This document shows positions 1 through 10,055 of a stretch of 64,000 bases of DNA, in pieces (the stretch's first letter is position 1; the number at the start of each line of letters is the position of its first letter). The notes below the pieces were generated by a model. The model saw only the letters and a program-made list of their open reading frames with translations, was not told where the DNA came from and did not search any database. Origin of the DNA: an uncultured delta proteobacterium (GTDB lineage Bacteria; Desulfobacterota; Binatia; UBA9968); NCBI GenBank assembly GCA_963771465.1, contig CAVYTU010000015.1, positions 1,088,001 to 1,152,000 of the forward strand. The letters run 5' to 3'. Made by a program: the position numbers and the translations under genes.

Positions 1-892
1 ACGTCATGAACAAAGTTGCGCCTTCCCGATTGCCCAATAGCCTCACCTCATCGACGAGAGTTTTGGACAATGTGAAGAATTGTTTAGCGCCGCGATTACT
101 CGATAATGAACTCCGTGGCCGGTCCGTTGGCAGTTCGAGAACCGGAAGATTTTGCAATTGCGCTGACCAGTAGCGAAGCTGCTTTTCCAATTCTTCGCCT
201 TGCAGCCGTCCTCGCTGCCACACGGCGTAGTCGGCGTACTGAATTGGCAATTCGGGGAGCGGGCTTGGCAGACCCTGAACAAACGAGTTGTAAAGCGCAG
301 TCAGCTCGCGCAAAAAAACCCCGCCTGACCATCCGTCGGAAGCGATATGATGCTGCACTTCGACTAGAACATGGGAATGGAGACTCAATCGGACCAGCAT
401 TACGCGTAGCGGCAGGTCCCTGCTAAGATCGAATGGCCTTTCTCTGAGCTCAGCAGCGATTCGCTGCACTTCATCGTGCCGTCGACTTTCAATAACGTCA
501 CTGATGTCGAAGACGAGCAAGTCAACATTCTCGACTGTGCCGATCCGTTGCACGGGTTCTCCACCCTCGATCAGACTGTAGGTGGTACGCAGCACCTCAT
601 GCCTATCGATGATGGCATGGACTGCACTGCGCAGCGCATCAATATCAAGCGGTCCGTCCAAACGAAGCGCCGATCTCTCGTTATAAGCACAACTTTCAGG
701 ATCCAATTGGTTGAGAAACCACAATCGCTGCTGCGCGAACGATAGTGGTGCTGAGTCTCCACGAGCTCGACGCGGGATGGTCAAGTTCTCACCTCGACTG
801 CCACGGCCTTGCTGTAATTTGAGCTCAAGGAGCGCTCGCTTCGCCGGCGAAAGACCCGCAAGACGCTCTGTCAACTTGTCGGTTTCCATCAT
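1..892 (-). CDS. NRPS, N-terminal docking peptide plus condensation domain (partial, runs off left edge)
   Basis: Not in the ORF track. Manual translation from ATG 892 is open to the edge: MMETDKLTERLAGLSPAKRALLELKL...PLSFAQQRLWFLNQL...RHEVLRT...HHIASDGWS...QYADYAVWQR...GATLFMT. ATGA overlap with the upstream gene stop at 889-891. Confidence 0.93.
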   Translation of the reverse strand, partial: MMETDKLTERLAGLSPAKRALLELKLQQGRGSRGENLTIPRRARGDSAPLSFAQQRLWFLNQLDPESCAYNERSALRLDGPLDIDALRSAVHAIIDRHEVLRTTYSLIEGGEPVQRIGTVENVDLLVFDISDVIESRRHDEVQRIAAELRERPFDLSRDLPLRVMLVRLSLHSHVLVEVQHHIASDGWSGGVFLRELTALYNSFVQGLPSPLPELPIQYADYAVWQRGRLQGEELEKQLRYWSAQLQNLPVLELPTDRPRSSLSSNRGAKQFFTLSKTLVDEVRLLGNREGATLFMT

Positions 893-3800
893 TGCTCCGT
901 CTTCGTTAGCCGGTCTTTGTAGCCTTGCTCAGCATCGTCATTAGACATCGATTCTAGCTCCTCCAGAATTCGTTCCATTTCCGTTTCATTCATTTGTCCA
1001 GTCTGCTGCCGGGTTATGACCGTCGCTAAATCTCCTACCGTCGGCGCTTCGAACAGGCTGCGCAATGGAATATCCAATTTGAGAATAGCTCGCATTCGTG
1101 ACACCACCTGCGTAGCAAGTAACGAATGCCCGCCCAACTCAAAAAAGTTGTCGTCCATCCCAACCCTATCCACGCGCAATACTTCCGCCCATATCTCCGC
1201 TATCTTTTCTTCCACCGGCGTTCGCGGCGCAATAAATTCACTGCGTTGAACTGATCCCGGCGCCGGCAATAATCCGCGGTCTACTTTGCCACTCGGAGTT
1301 AACGGCAATTCATCCAACCGCACTAGGGCGGAAGGAATCATATACTCGGGAAGTCTTTGCTTGAGATATTTCCTCACATCCGAAGCGTCGAACGACTGTT
1401 CCCGCCGCGCTACCAAATAAGCCACGAGCCGCTTGTCCCCAGAATGGTCCTCCCGAACCATTGCAATTGCTTCTCGTATCGCCAGATGTTGAGCGAGCGT
1501 CGTCTCGATCTCGCCCAACTCAACCCGATAACCGCGTATCTTTATCTGATGATCTATTCGTCCCAAAAACTCGATGTTCCCATCCGCTAGGTAACGAGCG
1601 TGATCGCCGGTCCGGTACAAGCGCCTGGGCGGCTCCCCGCCCAAGGAGTGATAGATGAATTTCTCCGCCGTCAGCTCGGGCTGGTTTAAGTAACCTCGCG
1701 CCAAACCGTCTCCGCCGATGTGGATCTCACCAACTACACCGATTGGAACCGGTGCTAAATATTGATCGAGAATGTAGATTTGCGTATTCGCAATCGGCCG
1801 GCCTATCGGCACCCAACCTGGTGAATCATTTTCACGACATTCGTAATAGGTTGCGTCAATCGCGGCTTCCGTCGGACCGTACAGATTGATTAACGGCACG
1901 TTTAGCTGCCGACGAAACCGAGTGTTCAGCTCCGCCGATAAAGGCTCGCCACCGCAAAAAACACGGCGCAAACTGCCACACTTCGCCATGTTTTCCTGCA
2001 GCATCATTTTGAGCAATGTGGGCCCTACTTGTAGAATAGTAATTCGTTCGTTCAGCAAAAACTTGGCCAGATATTCAGCGTCCCTATAGCCTTCGGGCCT
2101 CGCCAACACCAATTGTGCGCCGGAGATCAATGGAGCGAAAAACTCCCACACCGAGGCATCAAAACTGAGCGGCGTTCTCTGTGCCACACGATCATCCTGA
2201 GCCAGTGGAAACGCTTCGAGCATCCACATCATGTGATTACAGATCGAGCTATGGGGTATCGCTACCCCCTTCGGGTTTCCAGTTGAACCCGAGGTGTAGA
2301 TCACGTAGGCGATATTGCCATTGTCGGCTTCGCTGGGAAGGTTCGCCGTGCTTTCGCCAGCGACTTTTTGCCATTCCTGGTCTAGGTAAACCGTCTGTCC
2401 GTCATACTTCGGCAGTCGTCGCGACAGCGCTTGGAAGGTCAATAGCACCGCGACCCCGCTATCGTTCAACATGTATCCCAGTCGTGCTTCTGGATAGGTT
2501 GGATCCAACGGCAGGTAGGCTCCACCACTCTTGAGCACTCCCAACAAAGCGATGACCATCTCAAGGGATCGCTCTAGGCACATGCCCACCACAATGTCTG
2601 GTCCAACGCCGAGCTTGCGTAGGTAACGCCCCAGTTGGTTGGCGCGATCGTTCAGTTCTCGGTATGTGAACTGCTGGTCTTCAAAAACAATAGCCACGGC
2701 TCCAGGCGTTCGCTCGACCTGCTCTTCAAACAATTGATGAATACATTTGTTCGAAGGATAATCCCGCTTGGTGTCGTTCCACTCCTCCAAAAGCTGATGC
2801 TTCTCCGGTTCGGTGAGCAACGGTAAGTCACTTATCCGCTGGTTCGGATTGGTCACTATCCCTTCAAGCAAGGTTTGAAAATGGCCAAGCATGCGACACA
2901 CCGTGGTTGAATCAAAAAGCTCCGTGGAGTATTCAAGCTGCCCCTCGAACCCTTCCGTGGTTTCAGTCAAAGCCAAAGTGAGATCAATTTTCGCAGCGCT
3001 TTGGTGAATATTTATCGGGCTAACCACTAACTCCGGCACCGTAAAATCATTTCTAGGATAATTCTGTAATGCGAACATTACTTGAAACAATGGTGACACG
3101 CTCAGAATGCGCTCCGGCCGAAGTTCCTCCACCAGTTTTTCAAACGGCAAGTCCTGATGTGCATAGCTCTGCAGCGCTGTCCGCTTTACCTTGGACAGTA
3201 ACTCGCGAACAGTTGGTTTGCCGGAGAGATCGCTGCGCAATACCAGCGTATTCGCGAAAAATCCAATCAAACCTTCCAATTCCACGTAATTTCGGTTAGC
3301 TATCGGTGATCCAATACAAATGTCCTCCTGGCCACTGTAGCGAGACAGCAATGTTTGAAAAGCCGCTAACAATGTCATGAACAGCGTGACGCCCTCATTG
3401 CGACTCAATCGCTTAATTCCTTGGGTTAGCTCCCTGGAAAGCTTAAATGCGCGTCGGGCTCCTCGATAACTTCGTATTGCGGGCCTAGGCCGATCCGTGG
3501 GTAGCTGTAGCGTGGGCAGATCTTGGAGCTGTTTTTTCCAGTAATCTAACTGGCTCGCTACAATCGTTCCGCTCAACCATTCGCGCTGCCATGCGGCGTA
3601 GTCAGCGTACTGAATCGGTAATTCAGGAAGTGAAACTGATTTTCTTTCCAAAAATGCTTTGTAGAAAACCGCCAACTCGCGCCACAAGATGCCGGAGGAC
3701 CAGCCGTCCGATGCAACGTGGTGCATGACGACGACGAGAACATGGTGATTCAATTCTAAACGCAGTAACCCGGCGCGCAGCATTTGATCTCGCCTCAGAT

Positions 3801-4164
3801 CGAATAGACGCTCCGTCAAATCAGCGATCATTCGCTGCACTCGCCCGTCTCGTTCGCTCTGGGGGCATGCAGATAGGTCGATGATGGCAAGTTCAACAGC
3901 TTGCGGCGGGCCAATCTGCTGAATCGGATTACGGCCTTCGTCCACGATATAGGTTGTTCTTAATACTTCGTGCCGCTCAACGATTGCATCCAGGGCACTC
4001 CTCAGCGCACCCACATCTAATGTTCCATCGAGGCGAAGCGCCCTCGCCATATTGTACGCGCAATTTTCTGGCTCCAGTTGATTTAAGAACCACAGTCGCT
4101 CCTGCGCGAACGATAACGGAACGAACTGTCGATCTGTTTTCCTCGGAATGAATTGTTTCTGCAT
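889..4164 (-). CDS. NRPS module C-A-T, predicted Gln-activating
   Basis: HHVASDGWS; A3 YTSGSTGNPKG; A4 FDASVWE; A5 NLYGPTE; T GGHSL. Pocket read by eye as DAWQFGLIDK, the established Gln signature. ORF is open to 4221, but ATG 4164 avoids overlap with the upstream gene. Confidence 0.92.
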   Translation of the reverse strand: MQKQFIPRKTDRQFVPLSFAQERLWFLNQLEPENCAYNMARALRLDGTLDVGALRSALDAIVERHEVLRTTYIVDEGRNPIQQIGPPQAVELAIIDLSACPQSERDGRVQRMIADLTERLFDLRRDQMLRAGLLRLELNHHVLVVVMHHVASDGWSSGILWRELAVFYKAFLERKSVSLPELPIQYADYAAWQREWLSGTIVASQLDYWKKQLQDLPTLQLPTDRPRPAIRSYRGARRAFKLSRELTQGIKRLSRNEGVTLFMTLLAAFQTLLSRYSGQEDICIGSPIANRNYVELEGLIGFFANTLVLRSDLSGKPTVRELLSKVKRTALQSYAHQDLPFEKLVEELRPERILSVSPLFQVMFALQNYPRNDFTVPELVVSPINIHQSAAKIDLTLALTETTEGFEGQLEYSTELFDSTTVCRMLGHFQTLLEGIVTNPNQRISDLPLLTEPEKHQLLEEWNDTKRDYPSNKCIHQLFEEQVERTPGAVAIVFEDQQFTYRELNDRANQLGRYLRKLGVGPDIVVGMCLERSLEMVIALLGVLKSGGAYLPLDPTYPEARLGYMLNDSGVAVLLTFQALSRRLPKYDGQTVYLDQEWQKVAGESTANLPSEADNGNIAYVIYTSGSTGNPKGVAIPHSSICNHMMWMLEAFPLAQDDRVAQRTPLSFDASVWEFFAPLISGAQLVLARPEGYRDAEYLAKFLLNERITILQVGPTLLKMMLQENMAKCGSLRRVFCGGEPLSAELNTRFRRQLNVPLINLYGPTEAAIDATYYECRENDSPGWVPIGRPIANTQIYILDQYLAPVPIGVVGEIHIGGDGLARGYLNQPELTAEKFIYHSLGGEPPRRLYRTGDHARYLADGNIEFLGRIDHQIKIRGYRVELGEIETTLAQHLAIREAIAMVREDHSGDKRLVAYLVARREQSFDASDVRKYLKQRLPEYMIPSALVRLDELPLTPSGKVDRGLLPAPGSVQRSEFIAPRTPVEEKIAEIWAEVLRVDRVGMDDNFFELGGHSLLATQVVSRMRAILKLDIPLRSLFEAPTVGDLATVITRQQTGQMNETEMERILEELESMSNDDAEQGYKDRLTKTEQ

Positions 4165-4189
4165 AAAGTCTCGCCCCGCAACGGTTTCC

Positions 4190-5824
4190 CTATTCGGTCG
4201 GATAAGCGGCAAAGGGATCAACCGTCACATTGATGCAGGCCGCGCTACCCGAAGCCAAAGATCGTTCCAACGCTGGTTTTAATTGTTCGGGACGCACTAC
4301 ATGTTCGGCATGACCGCCGAAGGCACGCATAATGTTCTCGTAGTGAATGTCGGGTTGAAACATGGTGATCCGCTCCTGGCAATTTGGGAAGAAGGATTTC
4401 TCCATGATCGCACCCGTATTGCCCTCATTGTTGACCACGACGACAATGACGGGAATTCGATGGCGGACGGCCGTCTCCATATCCATAGCGCTCAACGCGA
4501 AACCCATATCGCCGCACACCGCGACAACCATCCGATCTGGCTGAGCGAGTTTCGCGCCGATTGCAAAGGGAACTCCGACTCCCATACAGCCATTACTCCC
4601 CGCGGTAAATCGGGACGCTGGCAAGTAAGCGGGTAAGACCTGCTGTCCAGCAGCCATGGAAACGTTGCCGTCGAGTACACAGATCGCGTCGCGCGGCAGA
4701 AACTCTTTGATCTCCTTGAACATGCGATGTGGTGACATGGGCAGCGCGGCACAACTCATATGCGCGTCCCGTTTGCGTTGTCTACGTTCTCGCTCCGCTT
4801 CGAGTTCTGTGAACCACGGCTGCAAATTCCCTTTCGGCGCGGCATTCATTTTATGCGTCAGACGAGCCAAGATTTTCTGCAGAGCCAACTTTACATCGCC
4901 AACGATTCCGATCGTCGGAGCGCGATTCGCCCCAATCTCACGCTCATGAATATCGATCTGTATCAATTTCGCATCCCGCGCGATCTGTGTACCGAAGCGA
5001 AAAGTCCAATCCAGCCGGGCGCCCAATAACAAAACCACGTCCGCCTTTTGCTGGAGGAGCCCCCGCGCATCGTTAAGACATCGCAGGTGATCGTCCGGCA
5101 AATAGCCCCGGCCCATGGGGGATGTGATAAATGGAATATCAAACTCATCGGCCATCCGTCTTAGTTCCGCGTACGGCTCGGACCAACGAACTCCCTTGCC
5201 GACAATCATGGCTGGCCGCTGCGCGTGCAAGAAAAGCTCGGCCGCCGCCTCTATCTTGCTCTCGTCGAGTTGTGGCATGTCGGCGGATACGACCGCGGAA
5301 TCGTCGGACGACTCACCCATAGCCGTCAAAACGTCCTCAGGCATATCAAGGTACACCGGTCCAGGCCGTCCGCTCATGGCGATTCGGAAGGCCTCTTGGA
5401 TGTGATCTTGAATTTGCGAAGTTTTTTCGACTACTGCGGCCCATTTCGTTATCGAATGAAAAATCGACACTGCGTCTAGCTCTTGAAATGAACCCATGCC
5501 GCGCATACTCAACGGCCGTCTGCCACCCAAGACCACCAACGGCCAACAGTTATCCTTGGCAACAAGAATGCCCGTCGCAGCGTTAGTGATCGCCGGTCCC
5601 GCCGAGAATAGCGCCACCGCGGCGATGCGTCCGATGACGTAGTTCTGGGCGAGCGCCATCAACACGCCAGCTTGTTGATTCCGTACGCCGATCGGACGAA
5701 TACCCAGCTCAGCGCAATTCGAAAAAGTTTCTCTGACGGGTGTGCCCGCTACGCAGTACACATGGGTGACGCCTAAGCCCTTCAAGCTATGCGCCACCAA
5801 TGTATGACCATTGATTCTGGTCAA
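4190..5824 (-). CDS. ThDP-dependent enzyme, oxalyl-CoA decarboxylase / 2-hydroxyacyl-CoA lyase family
   Basis: GSFQELD, SGRPGPVYLDMP, PMGRG, LGARLDW, GSNGCMGVGVPFA and the ThDP motif GDMGF...VNN. Confidence 0.85.
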   Translation of the reverse strand: MTRINGHTLVAHSLKGLGVTHVYCVAGTPVRETFSNCAELGIRPIGVRNQQAGVLMALAQNYVIGRIAAVALFSAGPAITNAATGILVAKDNCWPLVVLGGRRPLSMRGMGSFQELDAVSIFHSITKWAAVVEKTSQIQDHIQEAFRIAMSGRPGPVYLDMPEDVLTAMGESSDDSAVVSADMPQLDESKIEAAAELFLHAQRPAMIVGKGVRWSEPYAELRRMADEFDIPFITSPMGRGYLPDDHLRCLNDARGLLQQKADVVLLLGARLDWTFRFGTQIARDAKLIQIDIHEREIGANRAPTIGIVGDVKLALQKILARLTHKMNAAPKGNLQPWFTELEAERERRQRKRDAHMSCAALPMSPHRMFKEIKEFLPRDAICVLDGNVSMAAGQQVLPAYLPASRFTAGSNGCMGVGVPFAIGAKLAQPDRMVVAVCGDMGFALSAMDMETAVRHRIPVIVVVVNNEGNTGAIMEKSFFPNCQERITMFQPDIHYENIMRAFGGHAEHVVRPEQLKPALERSLASGSAACINVTVDPFAAYPTE

Positions 5825-7701
5825 ACCGGCATTCTCCTTCCTTGGTGAATAATACGGCTCGGCACATCCGTGAGACTCGTGGTCTTTTCATGCGTATTCA
5901 CCGAATCAGCGTCCGTGGCCGCTATAGCGCGCAAAATCTCATGGGCCAACTCTCTGACCGTCGACTGTGAAAAAATCGTCGCTATCGATAGATTTACGTC
6001 AAGCATGGCACGTATTCGCGCAATCACTTGAGTGGCGCGTAAAGAATCTCCACCGAGCGCGAAGAAATTATCCGTCGCACCGACTTGATCAACACCGAGA
6101 ACCTCGGCATAAATTTTCGCCATCGCCGCTTCGAGATCGTTCTGCAGCGTGTCGAACTGTCCTTTGAATTGATCGGCGAATTTTTCCGCCAGCCCAATGC
6201 GCTGGGTTTTGCCGGTGGCACTTTTGGGAATCTCGTCGACGAACAAGATACGGCTTGGGATTTTGTATGCGGCCAGCCGGCCGCTCAGGTATTCACGGAT
6301 TGCAGCTTCAGTTATCTGGTTTTTTTCACGCATGACGACGGCGGCTACAATATCCTCGCCTAGAGTTGAGTGAGTGACAGCAAACGCAATCGCCTGAGAA
6401 ATGTCTGGATGGTCTAAAAGGGCGTCATCGACTTCCCGTGGGGAGATTTTTTCTCCGCCCCGGTTGATGATTTCTTTGAGACGCCCAGTGATGATCAGAT
6501 AACTATCTTTGTCGAGATACCCCTGGTCGCCCGTCCGAAACCAACCCCGTACAAAGCTTTCGGTGTTGGACTCGAAACCGTTAATGTAACCTGCTGTGAC
6601 ATTAGCGCCGTGAATGACGATCTCGCCAATTTCTCCGGGGCATAGGAGGTTACCGGCTTCATCCATGATGGACACGTGCGGTCCCGCCGCCAATCCCACC
6701 GAACCGATCTTGCGCTGACCGGGCGGCAACGGATTGCTCGTCACTTGATGCGCCGCCTCAGTCATTCCGTATGACTCAATTACGGGCACCTCAAATATTT
6801 CCTCCAGACTCTGCAGGACTTGGGCGGGTAGCGCGGAAGATGAAGAGCGGATGAATCTCAGCGAATGTTTCCTAAGCGCCCTAGGATCCGCTCGTGCGCC
6901 CGAGATTACAGCGTGATGAATCGTCGGAACCGCCGTGTACCATGTCGGACGAAAAGCTTCTAACCACGGGAAAAACTGTTCGACGTCGAAGCCGGAAGTG
7001 CAGATGACGCCCGCACCGGCCATTACCGATGAAAGTAGCGCGCCCACAAGTCCATGAATGTGAAACAACGGCATCAGGTTGAGACAGCGATCTGTTTCGC
7101 TCAGCCGCAACGTAGCTGTGATGTTACCCGCTGACGCTAAAAGATTGGCATGAGTCAAGGGAACCATCTTGGGGCGGGAAGTTGTCCCAGAGGTATGTAG
7201 GATCAGCGCGATATCGTCTGCTCGGGAAAAGTCAAAATCTGAATTTTGCGGCTGCCCGATTGCTCTTAGAGCAAAGATACCTGCGGCTGCTTCAGCGTCT
7301 GGAACTAATTCGATGACCGAAATTCCGAACGTTTCAGCTATGGCGAAGGCCGCAGAATTCATGCCCGATTGAACAATCAACGCTTTTGGCTTGAGGTCGG
7401 CAAGATAAAATTCGAATTCATTGCGGCTATAAGCAGGATTCAACGGCGCACAAATCGCGCTGGCGGCGACGCCAAGAAATGCCGCCGCCATCTCTGGACC
7501 ATTGGGCAGCACGATGGCGACTCGGTCGGTCGAGCGGATTCCTTTGGCAATCAACGATCTCACAACGCTATCGACCTGACTGAGCAGGTCACGGTAAGTA
7601 AGAGAGCGTCGGCCCGGCGCGCAAACTGCTACCGCTTCCGGAGCGTGCCTAGCCCGCGCTCTGAGTAGCTCATAGATTGTATGGTATTTTTCGTCGTGCA
7701 T
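5821..7701 (-). CDS. Oxalate-CoA ligase-like (AAE3/PCS60/PanE-type) adenylating enzyme fused to a C-terminal carrier protein
   Basis: HTSGTTSRPKMVPLTHANL, PLFHIHGL, WYTAVPTIH, LRFIRSSSS, YGMTEAAHQVTSNPLPP, INRGGEKISPREVD; C-terminal NFFALGGDSL phosphopantetheine site. Confidence 0.82.
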   Translation of the reverse strand: MHDEKYHTIYELLRARARHAPEAVAVCAPGRRSLTYRDLLSQVDSVVRSLIAKGIRSTDRVAIVLPNGPEMAAAFLGVAASAICAPLNPAYSRNEFEFYLADLKPKALIVQSGMNSAAFAIAETFGISVIELVPDAEAAAGIFALRAIGQPQNSDFDFSRADDIALILHTSGTTSRPKMVPLTHANLLASAGNITATLRLSETDRCLNLMPLFHIHGLVGALLSSVMAGAGVICTSGFDVEQFFPWLEAFRPTWYTAVPTIHHAVISGARADPRALRKHSLRFIRSSSSALPAQVLQSLEEIFEVPVIESYGMTEAAHQVTSNPLPPGQRKIGSVGLAAGPHVSIMDEAGNLLCPGEIGEIVIHGANVTAGYINGFESNTESFVRGWFRTGDQGYLDKDSYLIITGRLKEIINRGGEKISPREVDDALLDHPDISQAIAFAVTHSTLGEDIVAAVVMREKNQITEAAIREYLSGRLAAYKIPSRILFVDEIPKSATGKTQRIGLAEKFADQFKGQFDTLQNDLEAAMAKIYAEVLGVDQVGATDNFFALGGDSLRATQVIARIRAMLDVNLSIATIFSQSTVRELAHEILRAIAATDADSVNTHEKTTSLTDVPSRIIHQGRRMPV

Positions 7702-7713
7702 ATTTTTTCGAAC

Positions 7714-8070
7714 TCAGGACCAACCGTAGCCGGTTGCTTGTTTGAAACCTCCGGCACAAGAAAAATCGATTGACGTCGGCAACAGATTTCTCATGGTGAT
7801 GCCTCTAACTAACCGTTTCCTTGGCGACCGACTGTTCCGCGTGTTTCTCTGCCATCGCCTCGACCTCGCGGAGCATTGCACTAGTTCTGGCCCAGACTTT
7901 CCATGGTCCGGCAAGACGTCTCGATCCAGTTTGCCAGGCGCAACAGGTCTGCTGGTCTTGAAAACTCCTAGCATTGTAGCAATGGCATCAGCCTCGTGAT
8001 CGACCAACGCAGCGACTGGTTCCTTCTTCGCTCCACTCCGGCAGAATTTTAAACGTAACTTGGTTGACAT
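7714..8070 (-). pseudogene. Collapsed remnant of an A-T didomain gene
   Basis: EPVAALVDHEADAIATMLGVFK matches the neighbours' A-domain N-terminal segment (EPIALLFDHDIEVVCAILGVLK). It is almost directly joined to GKLDRDVLPDHGKSGPEL, matching their A10/linker (GKVDRRALPAADKSRPEL). Confidence 0.65.
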
Positions 8071-10055
8071 TATTCATCTTCATCGGCCCGTCCGCTTCGC
8101 GCATTTTCCTGCGCCAGCCGTTTATTAGCTTCTTCATCCGACATCATTTCAATTTCGCTCAACATGCGTTCGAGCTCTTTCTCACCTAGCTGTTTTCCCT
8201 GATGCTCCGCAATCACGGCTGCCATCTCCGCGACCGTGGGCGAGTGAAACAAAGATTGAAGCGGTATCTCCAATTGGAATTGCTTGATGACTTGGGAAAC
8301 CACCCGCATCGCTGCGAGGGAATGACCTCCTAGGTCGAAGAAGTTGTCATGGATGCCGATTTGATCGAGTCCTAATACTTCTGCCCAAATGCTCGCCAAC
8401 AGCTGTTCGACGGGAGTTCTAGACGCGACAAACGGAGTATCGAGTTCCGGCCGACTCTTGTCGGCAGCGGGAAGCGCTCGTCGGTCTACCTTGCCGATTC
8501 CAATCACCGGCAGCTTGTCGAGAAAAACAAATGTCGACGGCACCATATACTCAGCAAGGCTTGCGGCAAGTGCAGTCCGAAGTTGGTTGGCAGTGGGCCC
8601 TGGAACGTTCCGCGCAGCGATGTAAGCCACGAGACGCTTGTCACCGGCGCCGTCCTCAACCGCAATAACCGCTGCTTCTCTCACTGTCTCAAGATTTAGC
8701 AGGGCGGTTTCTATTGCGGCCATCTCGACTTTGTTGCCTCTAATTTTGACTTGAAAATCTTTCCGCCCTAAATACGTGAGGCAGCCACCAGGACTCATCG
8801 TGCCCATGTCGCCGGTATGATAGACGCGTACTTGGTCGTTTAATGAATTTACTTGAAAGGCAGCGCGAGTCCGGTCCGGTTGCTGCCAATACCCCGGAGA
8901 CAAATGACGACTTATCACAACGATTTCGCCGAGCTGGCCAAAACTGACCGGATTGCCGCTTTCGTCGACGAGTTGAATTACTTTGCCTTTATCCGTGTAT
9001 CCCACTGGGACAATGTGATTCGAGATGACGGTCGCTTTGTCCATCAAATATTGACTAGAGTGTCCGGCTTCATTCGGACCATAGCGGTTGACGAATATGC
9101 AGTTGTCGGAGAAATGTTTTTGATAGAGCTCAAAATCGCTCTTGTGTAGCGTCTCGCCGATTACCTTTATCAGGCGCAGGCGGGGAAATTGCTCGTGAGA
9201 AGTCAGCGTGCCCGCGAAGTTGCGAAAGGCCGACGCCACGCAATTGAAAATCGTGATCTCTTCTTCCATCAGCCGACGGCCCAAGCCAGCAAAGCCTTCT
9301 TGCCGGATATCTATTGGGTAAACGACAGCACCATTGAGGAGGGCACGAAGGACATCTCTTCCGGACGAAGCGACAAACGTCAATTTATCCTCGGCACAGA
9401 TATGAAAGTTGTTGGTGTCTTTCATCGTGTGATACAGCAGATTGCGATGATTCTCGGTCACACCTTTCGGCCGACCGGTGGAACCAGAAGTGTAAAATAT
9501 GATAGCAAGCGTATCCGGCGACAGCGGGAGAGATGGACATTTGTCATTCGGGTTATTCCCTAACTCGTCGATATTGAAGCATCGATCATGCCCGGCCAAG
9601 TCATTAGCCAATACGAGACCTGAGTGATCGGTGACAAGAAGACGAGCTTGCAGGTCCTGGAACATGAGCGACAGCTGGGCCGGAGGGAGCGCCGGGTCCA
9701 ACGGCACGCAGATTTTCCCAGCCTTCAGATTCGCTAGCAATGCGGTCACAAACGCAACACCTTTGGGGAAAAGTAAACCGATCGGCTCCGGGGTCTCGCC
9801 GCACCGCACAAGAATAGCTTGAGCGATGCGATTAGCAGCGCGATTTAACTCGGCATAAGTGAGCTGTTCCGTCTTCGACTTGACCGCAATCCGATGGGGA
9901 TACCGCTGCGCAATCTTCTCGAACCGTGCCGGGATCGACTGCTCGACTTCTTCCTTCGGAAACTCCACAAACGTGCCCGACGGGTGAAAACACTTGTCCT
10001 GGATCGCCTGCTGCTCCGGCGGAAGTAAGAAACCTTGATTCGAACAGTCATTCAT
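8070..10055 (-). CDS. Stand-alone non-canonical adenylation-thiolation (A-T) didomain
   Basis: YTSGSTGRPKG, shortened A4 (FVASSGRDV), YGPNE, YHTGD, GRKDFQVKIRG, IGIGKVDR, GGHSL. ATG 10055 sits in an ATGAATGA overlap. Confidence 0.92.
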   Translation of the reverse strand: MNDCSNQGFLLPPEQQAIQDKCFHPSGTFVEFPKEEVEQSIPARFEKIAQRYPHRIAVKSKTEQLTYAELNRAANRIAQAILVRCGETPEPIGLLFPKGVAFVTALLANLKAGKICVPLDPALPPAQLSLMFQDLQARLLVTDHSGLVLANDLAGHDRCFNIDELGNNPNDKCPSLPLSPDTLAIIFYTSGSTGRPKGVTENHRNLLYHTMKDTNNFHICAEDKLTFVASSGRDVLRALLNGAVVYPIDIRQEGFAGLGRRLMEEEITIFNCVASAFRNFAGTLTSHEQFPRLRLIKVIGETLHKSDFELYQKHFSDNCIFVNRYGPNEAGHSSQYLMDKATVISNHIVPVGYTDKGKVIQLVDESGNPVSFGQLGEIVVISRHLSPGYWQQPDRTRAAFQVNSLNDQVRVYHTGDMGTMSPGGCLTYLGRKDFQVKIRGNKVEMAAIETALLNLETVREAAVIAVEDGAGDKRLVAYIAARNVPGPTANQLRTALAASLAEYMVPSTFVFLDKLPVIGIGKVDRRALPAADKSRPELDTPFVASRTPVEQLLASIWAEVLGLDQIGIHDNFFDLGGHSLAAMRVVSQVIKQFQLEIPLQSLFHSPTVAEMAAVIAEHQGKQLGEKELERMLSEIEMMSDEEANKRLAQENARSGRADEDE

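Noticed and set aside
4190-5824. Assigning oxc or ilvB
   Set aside because: The family is clear, but the catalytic Glu is replaced and the BGC context makes the specific function uncertain.
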